Position numbers and translations under genes: made by a program
Part shown: in pieces, positions 1 to 12,121 of the stretch
Layout: each line of letters starts with the position of its first letter
How positions within the stretch are numbered: position 1 is the stretch's first letter
Origin: Syncephalis fuscata S228
Lineage: Eukaryota; Fungi; Zoopagomycota
Reading direction: 5' to 3'
DNA length: 64,000 nucleotides
Assembly: GCA_025786725.1 (NCBI GenBank)
Contig: JAHLTZ010000031.1
Coordinates: forward strand, 1-64,000
Notes under the pieces: model-generated
Database searches by the model: none
The model's input: the letters and a program-made list of their open reading frames with translations, nothing else
What the model was told of the DNA's origin: nothing

Positions 1-1622
1 AACTTGACATCATATGATCTTAATATCAATACACTGGATATGCATGCTCACCAAGACTCATTCCATCGATTCGACAAGTTCAATCTCAAGTACAATCCTA
101 TTGGCGAGTCTCGTCTACGTGAAATCTTCCTTAAAACCGACAACTTTATTAAAGGACGATATCTAGCCGAATTAACCCAAGGTAATTAGTATAATTTATT
201 ATTTATCATAATTAATATATATATACAATTTCTATCAATCCATTTAGAGGTATTCTCTGATCTGGAAGCTAGCAAATACCAAATGGCCGAGTATCGTATC
301 TCTATTTATGGCCGGTAAGTACCATTAATAATAACACATATCATTCATACTCAATAGCCACCTATAATACTACAGTTCACCAGATGAATGGGACCGTTTA
401 GCCCGATGGGTTGTTGGCAATAAGCTGTTCTCTCACAATGTACGCTGGCTTGTCCAAGTACCGCGTCTATACAATATCTACAAGTCAAGCAGTTCTGTCG
501 AATCATTTGAAGCCATTATTAAAAGTAGGTTTAATAAAACAGACAGTATTTTGCATGTACACTAATTATCTTTTAATAGATGTTTTCCTACCATTGTTTG
601 AAGTAACACGCGATCCTAGCTCTCATCCAGAGTTGCACGTTTTCCTTCAACGAATGATTGGATTCGACTCTGTCGATGATGAAAGCAAGGCAGAACGCCG
701 TATTTTCAAAAAGTATCCAGTGCCACGACTATGGAACTCTAACTTGAATCCACCCTACTCGTACTACTCGTACTACATGTACGCCAACATGGCCTCACTC
801 AATTGCTGGCGTCGTGAGCGTGGATTCAGTAAGGCCAACTATTTGTATTTATTTTACGTTAATTAACTATGATTGTATCTATAGATACTTTTGTATTCCG
901 CCCCCATTGTGGCGAAGCAGGTGATACCGATCACTTGGCCTCTGCTTTCCTTACTGCACAAGGTATTAGCCATGGTATTTTACTACGTAAAGTGCCTGCT
1001 ATGCAGTATCTGTATCCTTTATTGTCTATTGAATGATTCTACTCTATTGTTATCACACTTAACGTATACCGACTGCTAATAATAGATTCTACTTGGAACA
1101 AATCGGTATGGCCATGTCGCCACTTTCCAATAACGCGTTGTTCTTGGACTTTGACAAGAATCCATTTATTACATTCTTCCAGCGTGGTCTAAACGTTTCC
1201 CTATCAACCGATGATCCCCTGCAGTTCCACTTTACCAAGGAGCCATTGATTGAGGAGTATAGCATTGCAGCCCAGATCTGGAAGCTATCCTCGACCGATA
1301 TGTGCGAGATTTCTCGTAACAGTGTTTTACAAAGCGGCTGGGAGCAAGAAGTGAAACGCCATTGGTTAGGCAGCTGCTGTGACAAGGAAGGACCTGAAGG
1401 CAATGGTAAGTGATTCAATACAATGATATCGATAGAATATTGTTTATTTATTGATTTTATTACTACTCCTTTATAGATATGCGCAAGACCAACGTGCCTA
1501 GTCGTCGTATTGAATTCCGCCATAACACCTTGTTAGAAGAACGAGGTATGATGGTGCAGTCAGCTGGTCTTGCCCCTCAAGACAACGGACAACGAATAGA
1601 AACTAACTTGAATTTCCACTAA
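1..1622 (+). CDS. AMD1: AMP deaminase, 3' part (multi-exon, begins upstream of window)
   Basis: Spliced translation gives [53 protein letters not shown]; stop TAA at 1620-1622. Confidence 0.96.
1012..1085 (+). other. U12-type (minor spliceosome) GT-AG intron in AMP deaminase
   Basis: Donor GTATCCTTT, CACTTAAC branch-like motif at ~1056-1063; removal restores VPAMQYL|FYLEQIG. Confidence 0.75.
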
Positions 1623-2547
1623 ATAAATTTTCCCCATCAAGTGTCACGTGAATCCTGATGAGGTCACCTGAACAACAACCATGGTATCAATAAAAGTACT
1701 ATTCATAACAAAAGTGCGACGATAACCGTAGTAATTACTGCTATTATTGTCAGTAATATCGTTGCTGTTGAAATAACAACAAATAGTAGAGTGTAGGCAC
1801 CATTAATTGGATGGTTTGGACTACAAACATTGGACACTTGTCTCTACCCATTTCATTCTTTTGTTCACTTTTTATTTTACTTCGTCTATATACCTTTGGT
1901 GGCAGTAGTCGTAGTAGATACTACTTATTGTCCCTTACAACGTAAACAATCCACGCTTTATCCTAACTTGCTATCTGTTTACGTGCACCAAGTGCATATC
2001 AATAAGAAGCAAGTGGCTTGTAAACCGACGTTGTTTGTTCCTTTTTCATTGTCTAACAAGATTTGCTCTACAGTGGTATTGTTGTTTTAAGGTGAGCCAT
2101 CGACTAGAGTTATTGTTGATACTGCATTGCTACACCTGCTACTACACTTACGACTGCACACGTTAATAGTAGTGACTAGTTACTGTAAGCTCTAGTGGTT
2201 GTAGTCAAGTGTAAATACATGAATATATAGCTTGTATGCTCTGTCTATCCACCGTTGTATGCTTACTGTTCACGGTCTCTCTTCTTTTTTCCAGCAACGT
2301 CAACAACGAAACATATACACACAACACCACTCGTGATTTTCTTTCTTGCTTCCATCTCGCTTTTTCACTTCTTGACTTCGATATTCTTTCTTTTCTTCCT
2401 TCTTCTCCTTTCTACTGCACCTTGGTTGTTTGAACAGTTGCTACTCCCCACATTGGATCACTATTGTCATTCTTTTATTTTCCATTTTTCTATTGCTTTG
2501 CGTGCTCTAGTTGCTTATTACTATTGTTTATTTGTTTTTGGTAGAAT

Positions 2548-3596
2548 ATGGCCTCATTTCCATCACCACCGGTTGATTTGCCGGCTCATCACTCAAGTAG
2601 CAGCTCGTCGGCAGCACAGCGGGTGTACCGACTTGCACCCGATGAGACGGTAGTACTCAACTCTATGATCATGTCGGCTGTAGACCGAGGTGACTCCAAT
2701 GAAGGTAAGTTTATTTGGGATTGGTAATACAGTAATAGTAGTGGTAGTGGGGTGGTGCTGTTACTGGCCTTGTATGTTTGTTATTCTATTGCTGGTCAGG
2801 GAGGAGAGTAGACGCGGATGTTCTATTAATCCACCCCTTTGCGTTTTAAATATAGCCTATTTTGATGTAATAGCCATTTTACTTACTCGATGTATGTTTG
2901 TATATAAATAGTGCGCCAGCTACTTAAGAATGTACTTAGTGTTTCAACAAGGGGTATTGGCACAACACCACTGCATGTTGCTGCCCAGCGTGGTGACATT
3001 AAAATTGCATCAGAGCTGCTACGGGTTGGCTACGATGTTAACGTAGCAGACCATTCGGGTATGACTCCGCTCCGTTTAGGTAGGTTTATAGTACGGCTAA
3101 GGCCATCTAATGATCAAACTAACGCCATGCCGTGTAAATAGCGTTGCAGAATGAACATATAGACTGTGCTGAGTTTCTAAAAGCGGCAGGTAATGACGTT
3201 GCACTATTGTAGATTTGTATGATACTAATCGTGATACTAATACATTGTATGTGACTAGGTGGTGGCATTTCGGCTCAGGCAGTGGCTAATCCGGTGACTG
3301 ATGATGAATTGGATGCATTAACTTCTAGCATGCTTTCCGGCATGGGTAATTCGATGCAGAATGGTCAGGTAAGAATAGACAATAATATACAAATGATTTG
3401 GCTATGTACTGATACTTTTATTTAGCCTGGCTCACCACAAGATCGTCGCGGTGTCCAATCGATGTTTGGTGTACCAAATTCTAGTGCCAATGATGACTTA
3501 TCCGCCTTAATGAGTCTGGAGCAGCAGCTGGATACCGTACGTCTTGCCGGAAACGACCAGCCAAGACATCCCAATGCCAATAACCGTCCATTCTAG
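2548..3596 (+). CDS. Small ankyrin-repeat protein (multi-exon)
   Basis: GTTPLHVAAQRGDIKIASELLRVGYDVNVADHSGMTPL ankyrin motif; GT-AG introns link ATG 2548 to TAG 3594-3596. Confidence 0.75.
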
Positions 3597-3789
3597 CCAA
3601 GTATGCATGTAATATGCTTATTATTTACCGTTTTTCTGAAATGAGCTTGCTCAAATGTTCCCTACTTGTTCGGTGTCATGTCTATTCAGCTCAGTATCCG
3701 GTTACACTTGTATTTTCTTATGGCATTTTCTCCTTTAGCCATTTTCCGTGCATCCACCGCCGGTAATGATTAGCTATACTGGCTGCTGT

Positions 3790-3918
3790 GGTGGCTACTA
3801 CTGCTACTGCTACTGCGGCGATTACTGCTATTACTATTTTACTACTCTACTACTACTACTACTACTGCTATTACTGCTGCCGCTATTGTTGTTGTCGTCG
3901 TTGCTGCTACTGATGATG
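3790..3918. repeat. (CTA/CTG)n-type trinucleotide microsatellite in probable 3' UTR
   Basis: Runs of ctactactg/ttgttg directly visible. Confidence 0.8.
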
Positions 3919-4244
3919 TTTCGAACAAATCTAGTTTGCTATCATTTTCTATTTTTTTCATAATCATGCTTAGGTTGAAGATATTGGCTATTTTGCTAAT
4001 ATATTTCAAAATTGATTCAATATACCAATTTTCTTTCCAGTCTTATTATTTGTAAATTATTATGTTAATGCTGCTGGTGATGTAACAATATGTTATCCTA
4101 TTATTTTATTTAGTTTATTAATTAAATATAATATTTTCTTTTACAGATATAAGCATATTGCAGTTAGTTACATTTAATGCTGCTACACTGACACTGTTCA
4201 TTTTAATAATAATATCAGTAATTTATTGTGTTATTTTCATTACG

Positions 4245-5250
4245 TTAATATTAAACAATTCATTAATAGTTTAATATGATTTGACGTTAAATGACTATAT
4301 TTAATAACATTTAATTTATTGAACATAATAATGGATGGTGAATGACATCAAAGTCTAAACTACTCATCGTAGATTTATGATCCAATATGCATATAATATA
4401 TTCACTTATATTGTTAACAGTGCATGTCTATACTAATATACAGCATTCTATGCTATACGGAATACACCATATTGTTGTAGGTTTCAATTACATATAGCTT
4501 GCTAAATGAATGAGGTGAATGCGTTGAGCTTTATTAATAATAGTGCTAGAACAAAAACAAAAGCAGTTTTGGACAGAGAAAGACTATGTGAGCATGAAAT
4601 GATACAGAATAGAATATATACAATGGAAAGTGTATGATAAGTGGTGTTGAAGTTATCGTGCATACAACATAATGAACGAATGAGTGGAGTATATTGCAAC
4701 ATATAATAAACAGAGTGTGTCTAATATAACATAGAATGATGTATAGTAGCGTGGAATAGAATGTAAATATTATAAGTCAATAGACAACATATGCATACTG
4801 GATAATAACCTACGATGATATTCTAGACTTTAATGTCACTCACCATCCATCATTATGTTTAATAGGAAGAATGTTAGCCATTAACCACCAAATCACAATA
4901 TATTTAAATGGTTTAATCATCAATAAACCTCATCAACCGCACCCATGTTCAATCGATTAAATGTCTAGATCAATAAAATAAAAGCTATTCAATATAGTGA
5001 TTTGACTTTTAATCAAATTAAATAGCTAGTAAATTGTTTATTGTTTGCTACAGAATGGGTATCTTTATTAATTAATAAAGAAGATGATAGATACGAATCG
5101 TAAATCGAATGGCATTGTACATATAAAAACTATGAATAATTGAAGTATTGCTAAAGAGTTGCTCAAGTGATGCAATAAAAGAAATAATAAAAGCTGATAG
5201 CATAAAATCAAGTATGCTTATAGGACATGTCATCAGTAACATAATGGGCG
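4245..5250. mobile_element. Degenerate foldback/MITE-like element copy (inverted arms ~4320-4395 and ~4790-4862)
   Basis: ATGGATGGTGAATGACATC...GTAGATTTATGATCCAATATGCAT and its reverse complement; core and internal segments are homologous to the 12060-14489 element; 5105-5245 matches the reverse complement of ~25370-25510. Confidence 0.7.
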
Positions 5251-6083
5251 TAATACAAAAAAATAGGTAGCAGCAACAAAAATAAATATAATCATAGAAT
5301 AATGTCATCAATAAAGCACAGAGTCCACTTCAACACAAATTCTTGTTTTATTTGAATTTGGTAAATTTAAATAAAGCATTTAAATTGAGCATTGTATCGT
5401 TGCCAATTTAAGACCGACCCGTTTCACACTTTTCTATCATAGAACGGCAATAGAATGTAACACATCCAATAAAAATTACATTACTAAAGCTTCTTTAGAC
5501 ACTTCTATGGTCGTTTTAGTTGTCAGAGCATCTATCCACATGTTTTAATCATAATCGGCTGTTACTGGATACTATGTTTGGTGTTTGATACAGAGAATAT
5601 TCTAATTGCTCTTATATTTGAGTAAAGCCACTGACTACTCAGCAATTGCCAATAAAGCTGCTCAACTTGGATATTATACTAATAAGTAGAAACGTGAACT
5701 ACCATTTCTAGAAGTAATGCTTTACCATTTCGTATCATGGAATATATAACAATGTATCAAAAATCAGCTGAGTATCAACGTGGAGCCAATCGACTACGCA
5801 ATGTACCAAGTGAACCACGTGCTTGAACAGGCGGATCATAGGTATCGCGTGGCTATGATGCTTGTCGAATTTGAATTGGCCAAAAAAGGAGGCTATTTTT
5901 GTATAATGGTTTATTCTTTTTACTGTTCTACACCTATAAATATTTGTTAATTGATTGCTAATTGTACTGCTTGTTATATCAGCAATAACCAACACGATCC
6001 AAGCCATATACACACATATACACACATTATCGTCTTTTTGTATCGATTATAGCAATATAAACAAAGCTTTATTGCCATTTACA

Positions 6084-6974
6084 ATGCGTGCTCTTCTTCT
6101 TACATTGACGTTTGCTTCGGCAACTCTTGCCGCTACTGTTAGTGATAGTACTTGGAGTGTAAGTGTAACAAAGTAAATATTAAATTATAAATACTTATTG
6201 ACTTTTATTATTGTTATAGTATGATGGCGCTACTGGTCCCGCTTACTGGAGCCGTCTTTCGTCTGGTAATAAAGCATGCGGTGAAGGCCAGCATCAATCG
6301 CCAATCAACTTGATGAAAGACACGGCAAAGCTATATAAATTCAATGAACAATATGGGCCATTGCTTACATTTAACTGGACCTCGACCGGTACAGTAGATG
6401 TCGTTCATAATGGCCACGCGCTACAAGTTGATCTTGGTAGCGATAGCCAGAAAAAAAATACGCTGAACTTCAACAACGTTGGATATGAAATGCAGCAATT
6501 TCACGTTCATACACCATCTGAGCATCGTATTGATGGTAAACATTATGATGGTGAAGTTCATTTTGTTAGCAAGTCGGCAACAGGCCAACTACTTGTCGTT
6601 GGCATTTTCCTTATTGAGGAAACTTATAAAGATAACAGTGTTTTAGCACCAATTACACAAAAGGTAAGCATGAATAATAATAATAACATTATTAATAGTT
6701 GTCAATATTTATTTGTTACTAACTATTCTGTTATTAGTTGCCATTAAAGCCTCAGGAGCGTGTCAGCAATATTACCATCGATCTATCAACTCTTTCCTCA
6801 GTAAGCGACGGTTTCTGGACTTATAGCGGCAGTCTAACTACACCACCTTGCACTGAAGGTGTAACCTGGGTGGTGTTTGATACTGCTATGCCTGTCAGCG
6901 TCAATCAGCTTCATGTCTTAACAAATACGAATCATTTTAACGCTCGGTATACAATGCCAGCTCATGAGCATTAG
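6084..6974 (+). CDS. Secreted alpha-class carbonic anhydrase (3 exons)
   Basis: Signal peptide MRALLLTLTFASATLA; QSPINL, QFHVHTPSEH, EVHFV (Zn ligands), YSGSLTTPPCTEGVTW. Confidence 0.93.
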
Positions 6975-7207
6975 TAATCCTTTCATCTGTAAGCTCGTAC
7001 ACACACACACACACATATATATATATATTCGATCTTCACTTTCCATTTTGTCGTCTCATATCCAATTAAATTGAATTTAGCAAATATTAATTATGATAAC
7101 CATTTACATATTTATACACACATACACACACATATATGTTTTCAAAAAACATTTTATAAATGCCATCTTAAAGGTAAAGTCCCGACAATACTCAAAGCAT
7201 ACTTCAA

Positions 7208-9295
7208 TTAGCGTGTAGCCACCATATCGTCAATTTTAAGAATCATTTTAACCGTTTCGGCTGCTAGTTCAATGGCACTAGTTGAGACCAAAAGTGGCTG
7301 GATGACATTTTCTTCCAAAATATTCGTAATTGTTCCCTATTAGATAATTATAACATATAAGCTACTATTTGCTACACAATATCAACTGACTTACTTTGCG
7401 AACATTAATACCGGCTGTGTGCTCACCCAAAGCATGGCGGTTGCGCAATTCAGTAACAATCTGAATTGGGTGAAGACCAGCATTTTCAGCTAGTGTAATT
7501 GGAATAATTTCTAATGCCTCAGCAAATGCTTGCTGGCACAAAGCATCCATGCCAGTTAGCGTCTTTGCGTGCTCAGCAAGGCGACGAGAAATATAGATTT
7601 CTGGAGCGCCGCCACCTGCAATGAGGAAACGCTTCTTCACTAGACAACGCACCACACACAAAGCGTCGTGCAATGAACGCTCGGCTTCTTCCAATACCAA
7701 AGCATTGGCGCCATGAGAAAGAATAGATACTGTACGGCCAACATTTGGACCAGGCTTGACACCAGTTACCTTAACGACGCGTGCACCTGATGCATTCACT
7801 TCTTCACCAAATCGGCCGAGCCAAGTTTATCCTCTGCAAATGATTCAATATCGGCAATGGGCTTGCATCCAGTGCTCTAAGAGTTGATATTTGTTAATAC
7901 AAGTAAAGTATATAGCATTGTGTTTCAGTTTACCTTGCAAATAAACTCAACCTCTTCACGCTCAATATCTCTGACCACCATAATCTTAAGCTTGGCCAAG
8001 AAATGAAGAGACAAATCATTTACAGCATCACGTAGAATGGATTTTTGAACAAAAATGACATTGCAGCCAGACTTTTTGATCTTCTTGCACATGTTAAGCA
8101 AATATTGACGTTCTTCTTTAAGAATGCGATCCATTTGACGGTAATCGTTGACAATGACCTGGTTATCCATGTCAGGCTTGGGTGGCGATAGCTGGAATTG
8201 CACCATTGCAATGCGTGCCGTCTGGATACGTGTAGGACCGCCGGCTGACTTGACCGCCGTTTGTGTCAACACTAGACCATCACACAACTGAGTGTCATCG
8301 ATGGTGCCACCAACTTTCTTAACAATACGAATGTCGCGTAGATCCACATTCGAGTCAGCAGCAGGATCGACCACACGCAATACTGCATCTACTGCAATTG
8401 GTGACAATAAGCTAGAGTATTGTGATACAATCTATACAATAGCTATAAGTATTTACATCTCTATAATAACACAACATTTACCTTGGAGTTAAGCGAAGTA
8501 CTGGCACTTTTCAACAACGCATCGCGATCTGACAAATCTACTGGCGTTGCTATTTCAGTCAAAAATTCAACTGCTTTTGCTGAAGCGCGCTGGAATGATT
8601 CTGCAACAACCGTTGGATGAATACCGCGTGTTAATAGTTTTTCTGCTGCACCCAATAGACTTGAGGCAAGTACAACGACCGAAGTGGTACCATCGCCAGC
8701 TTCTACATCTTGAGCTGCAGACAAATCAACCAACTATGGTAAAATAAATAATATTAGTAATATTGCAAATTAAATATTACTAATTTACCATTTTAGCGGC
8801 TGGATGAAGGACCGAAAAGTGCTTTAGGATAGTAGCACCGTCGTTGGTAATAACTACTTCGCCATTGCTTGTTTGAATCTATAGACTACATAAGCACAAT
8901 CGTTTTAAATAATGCTAGTAGTTTAACGTACCATCTTATCCATGCCCTTGGGGCCCAAACTTGTACGGATGGCATCGCCCACCGCTATAATAATCTAGCG
9001 TTAGCCATTGCTGATTCTTTACAATCAAAGTAGATGATTGGCATCACCGTGTCTCATTGCAAGCAATCTACGATCGTTTACATCATCCAGCATAGAAACG
9101 CGTCCTGATGGGCAATAAGATGCGATATGCATAAAAGCCATTAGATGATGGCGACAACTTACCGCGAGCTGCAATGATATTGCTAAGACGCACTTCAGTT
9201 GGCTTCTCTTTGTTTTTGAAGGCACGCGAGTTGGGATCGGCCTGACCAGCGGCAGGAGCGGCTGTATTGGCGGTGGTAGCAGCAGGAGCGGCCAT
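7208..9295 (-). CDS. CCT4: T-complex protein 1 subunit delta (CCT4); one apparent 1-bp frameshift near 7806
   Basis: [53 protein letters not shown]. Confidence 0.96.
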
Positions 9296-9854
9296 GATGT
9301 GTGTGTATATAGCTGGTTCAGTAGTGGTTTAGCAACAAATAGCAAGGAAAGAATGGACAGGTGGATGACGCAGATACCAACCATCATCACAAACCACCCA
9401 AATGTTTAATAATAAACATTAATTTCCATCTATTAACAAAGTGTATTAAATCTGATGATAGTTTAATAATAAAATCATTAGTGTGTGTATATCTCAACTA
9501 ATAATATCCATAGTAATTAGTAGTAGTAGTGGCAATAGTAGTAGTTGCTCTAGACACTATCTATCTATCCATCCATCCATCCATCCATCCATTGATTCAT
9601 GTATCCATTCATATGTCTTTACATGTATATAGTAATCTGTTTAATAAATCTACACAATGTTCTATTTATTCATCCATCCATCCGTTAACTTGGCTGCCTT
9701 GTACTGTAATAATAATAATAATGATATTAATGGCGTATTATGACATCACATACACATAGTCATCACAATAATAGTAATAATGTTTTAATTAATGTCACGG
9801 TTACAACAGTTGTAACTATTACCACAATTATTGCTTTACTTTGAATTCAACGCA

Positions 9855-10475
9855 ATGACAGAACCAGTGGCACCTTCTTCGTCAAATAATACTGCAAAGG
9901 ATGGTGTACCATCCAATAATACATCATCTTCCTCGCCACAGACGCTTAAGGAAGCTGTGCAGGTAATATTACTTACAATAGCTAACAGGTAGTAAATCTA
10001 ATGGCTTCCATATCAATCACCACACTCTAGGATGTTTCCTTGGAACGAATGCGTAATATTGGCAAGGTACCCTGTGCACGCGACAGCTTGCTTTACGGTA
10101 TTGGAGGTGGTATAGCTGTAGGTGCCGGCCGATTTATTACTTCACGTAAGCGGTTTGGGGTACTGTAGAATGCTGGATTAACAAGATATAATTGTTATTA
10201 TTGCTATATACATAGGAAAAGCATTAACTGCGTCCAATTGGGCAGTTGGTGCATTTGCTTTAATTTCTATTGGATGCTGGTAAATTTATAATATAAGCAA
10301 TTTACTATAAGCATTTATTTAATTAAACATTATGATTAGGGAGTGGTGTCACTTTCAACGATTCCGACATGCACAGAAAGTTGGATTAGTAGTGGAAAAA
10401 TTAAATCAATTAGAGGAAAGACGCCGGCGTGAAGGAACAGCAATTACGGCTGATAGCACTGACAAAGTGGAATAA
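9855..10475 (+). CDS. COX20: Cytochrome c oxidase assembly factor COX20 (4 exons, absent from the ORF track)
   Basis: Spliced: ...KVPCARDSLLYGIGGGIAVGAGRF..KALTASNWAVGAFALISIGCWEWC. Confidence 0.88.
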
Positions 10476-11010
10476 ATAAAAATAGCCTACTGTTAGATAG
10501 AATATTTAAAATATTATTTAAATTACGTAGTAAATTGAATGATAGCACCAATATTTAATGTTATAATTAACGTATCAATATCGCTATTTATTATCTAAAG
10601 TAATAATGGCAATGCCTATTAATAAATATAAAATATATTAATATGTTAATAATTATTTGCAAACAATATATAGATTAACCAACTATTCATTTGTTATATT
10701 GATACATACAACAAGCGAATCCACTCTTATTTACATTATAATGTATGTAAGTTGTAGTAACATCTGGTAAAGAAGCAGCAGATGGATTGCTACTAACATG
10801 ATGACATGTCTCAGTCCATGTGAGCTGATGAGTCACAAGCAAACGAGCGTGTTTATTTTTGTTTGAAAATCAAGTATTTTTTAAATTGTTACTTTCACAT
10901 TGGTTGAGTTGTGACCAAATAAATGGTCAATAAACCAGCGCGTTTTCTTCTACTCTTTTATCTTGTCTTTCTGTTGTTTGTTGTTATGAGTGCTCGTTTC
11001 TATCTACAAA

Positions 11011-12121
11011 ATGACAACCCAGCTAGAACTGCCTAATACCGTGCCTGGCCTACTCGAACGTATGGCCGCTGAATTCCGTTGTTCCATTTGGTTAGTAATA
11101 AGCGATAGTTGTGCAGTGCAACTAGCTATAATATGGTCGTCGTTTCTAATGTTCCATTGTAGCCTAAGTACATTGCGTGAGCCGTGTGCTACTCCGTGCC
11201 AACATGTATTTTGCAGTGAATGTATCGGTATGGCACTGCGAGTACATGAGTGTTGCCCACTATGCAAGGGAAAAGTAACTCGACGGGCACTGACGCCAGC
11301 TGAAGGCACAAGCCAGCTATTACAAGCATATATTAATATGGTGCAGTCATATGAGCAAGATACCGGTGAAGGTGAGTTGTTAGGCGTCATCAATGCAATT
11401 ACACCATTATCTAGGATGCTGTTGTTGCAGCATTGTGGATAGTATGCATGCAGCCTATTAACCATTCAGTAGAACTGCCCTCACAATTGTTTTCACAGTC
11501 GGCGGTACAGCCCATGAATTTGTATGGGCCCGATTCCACACTGTCCAGTGAGGCGGATATAGTAATGTCATCGCTTGATTTGCCTACAGCAACAGCTGCT
11601 GTAACTTTATTTGATGCAAATAATGCTATCGAGTCATCCGTAAATCTACCAGTGGTAGACTCGGTTGATGGAGATGCATCAACTATTAGCATCGGCTCGG
11701 ATCTTACGGATCTTGATGATGAACTACTGGCTACCGCATTATCAAGTCCATTAACACCAACAAGACATCGACGGGTTGATTTACATACACCAATAACACC
11801 AAGACGTATACAGCAACTGGCTTATACACCAAGTTCAGGGTTGAGCGCAGAAGGTGAAGAGAAGTTGAATGGAGAAAGATCGCATGGTATTGTACTAGCA
11901 CTGGATTCACAGTCAAGTATAACACAGCTTTCTTCGCCTATCGAACCATCATCAAGTCTTTCTGCACTACTACCACCATTACAGCCTTTTGATATAGATA
12001 CTGAGGTAGGTACCAGCTATTAATGTATAGTAGGATGTAATTCATACTTTATTGATAGGATATCGACTATCTTGCTCGATTATTGCCAACAATGGACGCA
12101 GAGTTACCGTTGGAATCATGA
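11011..12121 (+). CDS. C3HC4 RING protein with BRCA1/BARD1-like N-terminus, no BRCT visible; last exon lies in the foldback arm
   Basis: LERMAAEFRCSIC|LSTLREPCATPCQHVFCSECI...CPLCK; intron 12006-12058 then DIDYLARLLPTMDAELPLES* (TGA 12119-12121). Confidence 0.65.

Noticed and set aside
1830-2653. Short hydrophobic ORFs here and at 3748-3963, 4502-4702, 5072-5311, 13809-14109, 50375-50791
   Set aside because: Compositional artefacts of T-rich UTR, microsatellite or repeat DNA; no motifs or splice structure
7790-7815. Programmed frameshift or pseudogenisation of CCT4 (similar breaks: RPL12 ~27518, VPS54 ~15915/16620/16850, HAUS4-like ~43620, PBP1 ~52610/54480, TPX2 ~59210)
   Set aside because: Scattered single-base losses, several in short homopolymers, in otherwise intact conserved genes; best explained as sequencing/assembly indels (check by read polishing)
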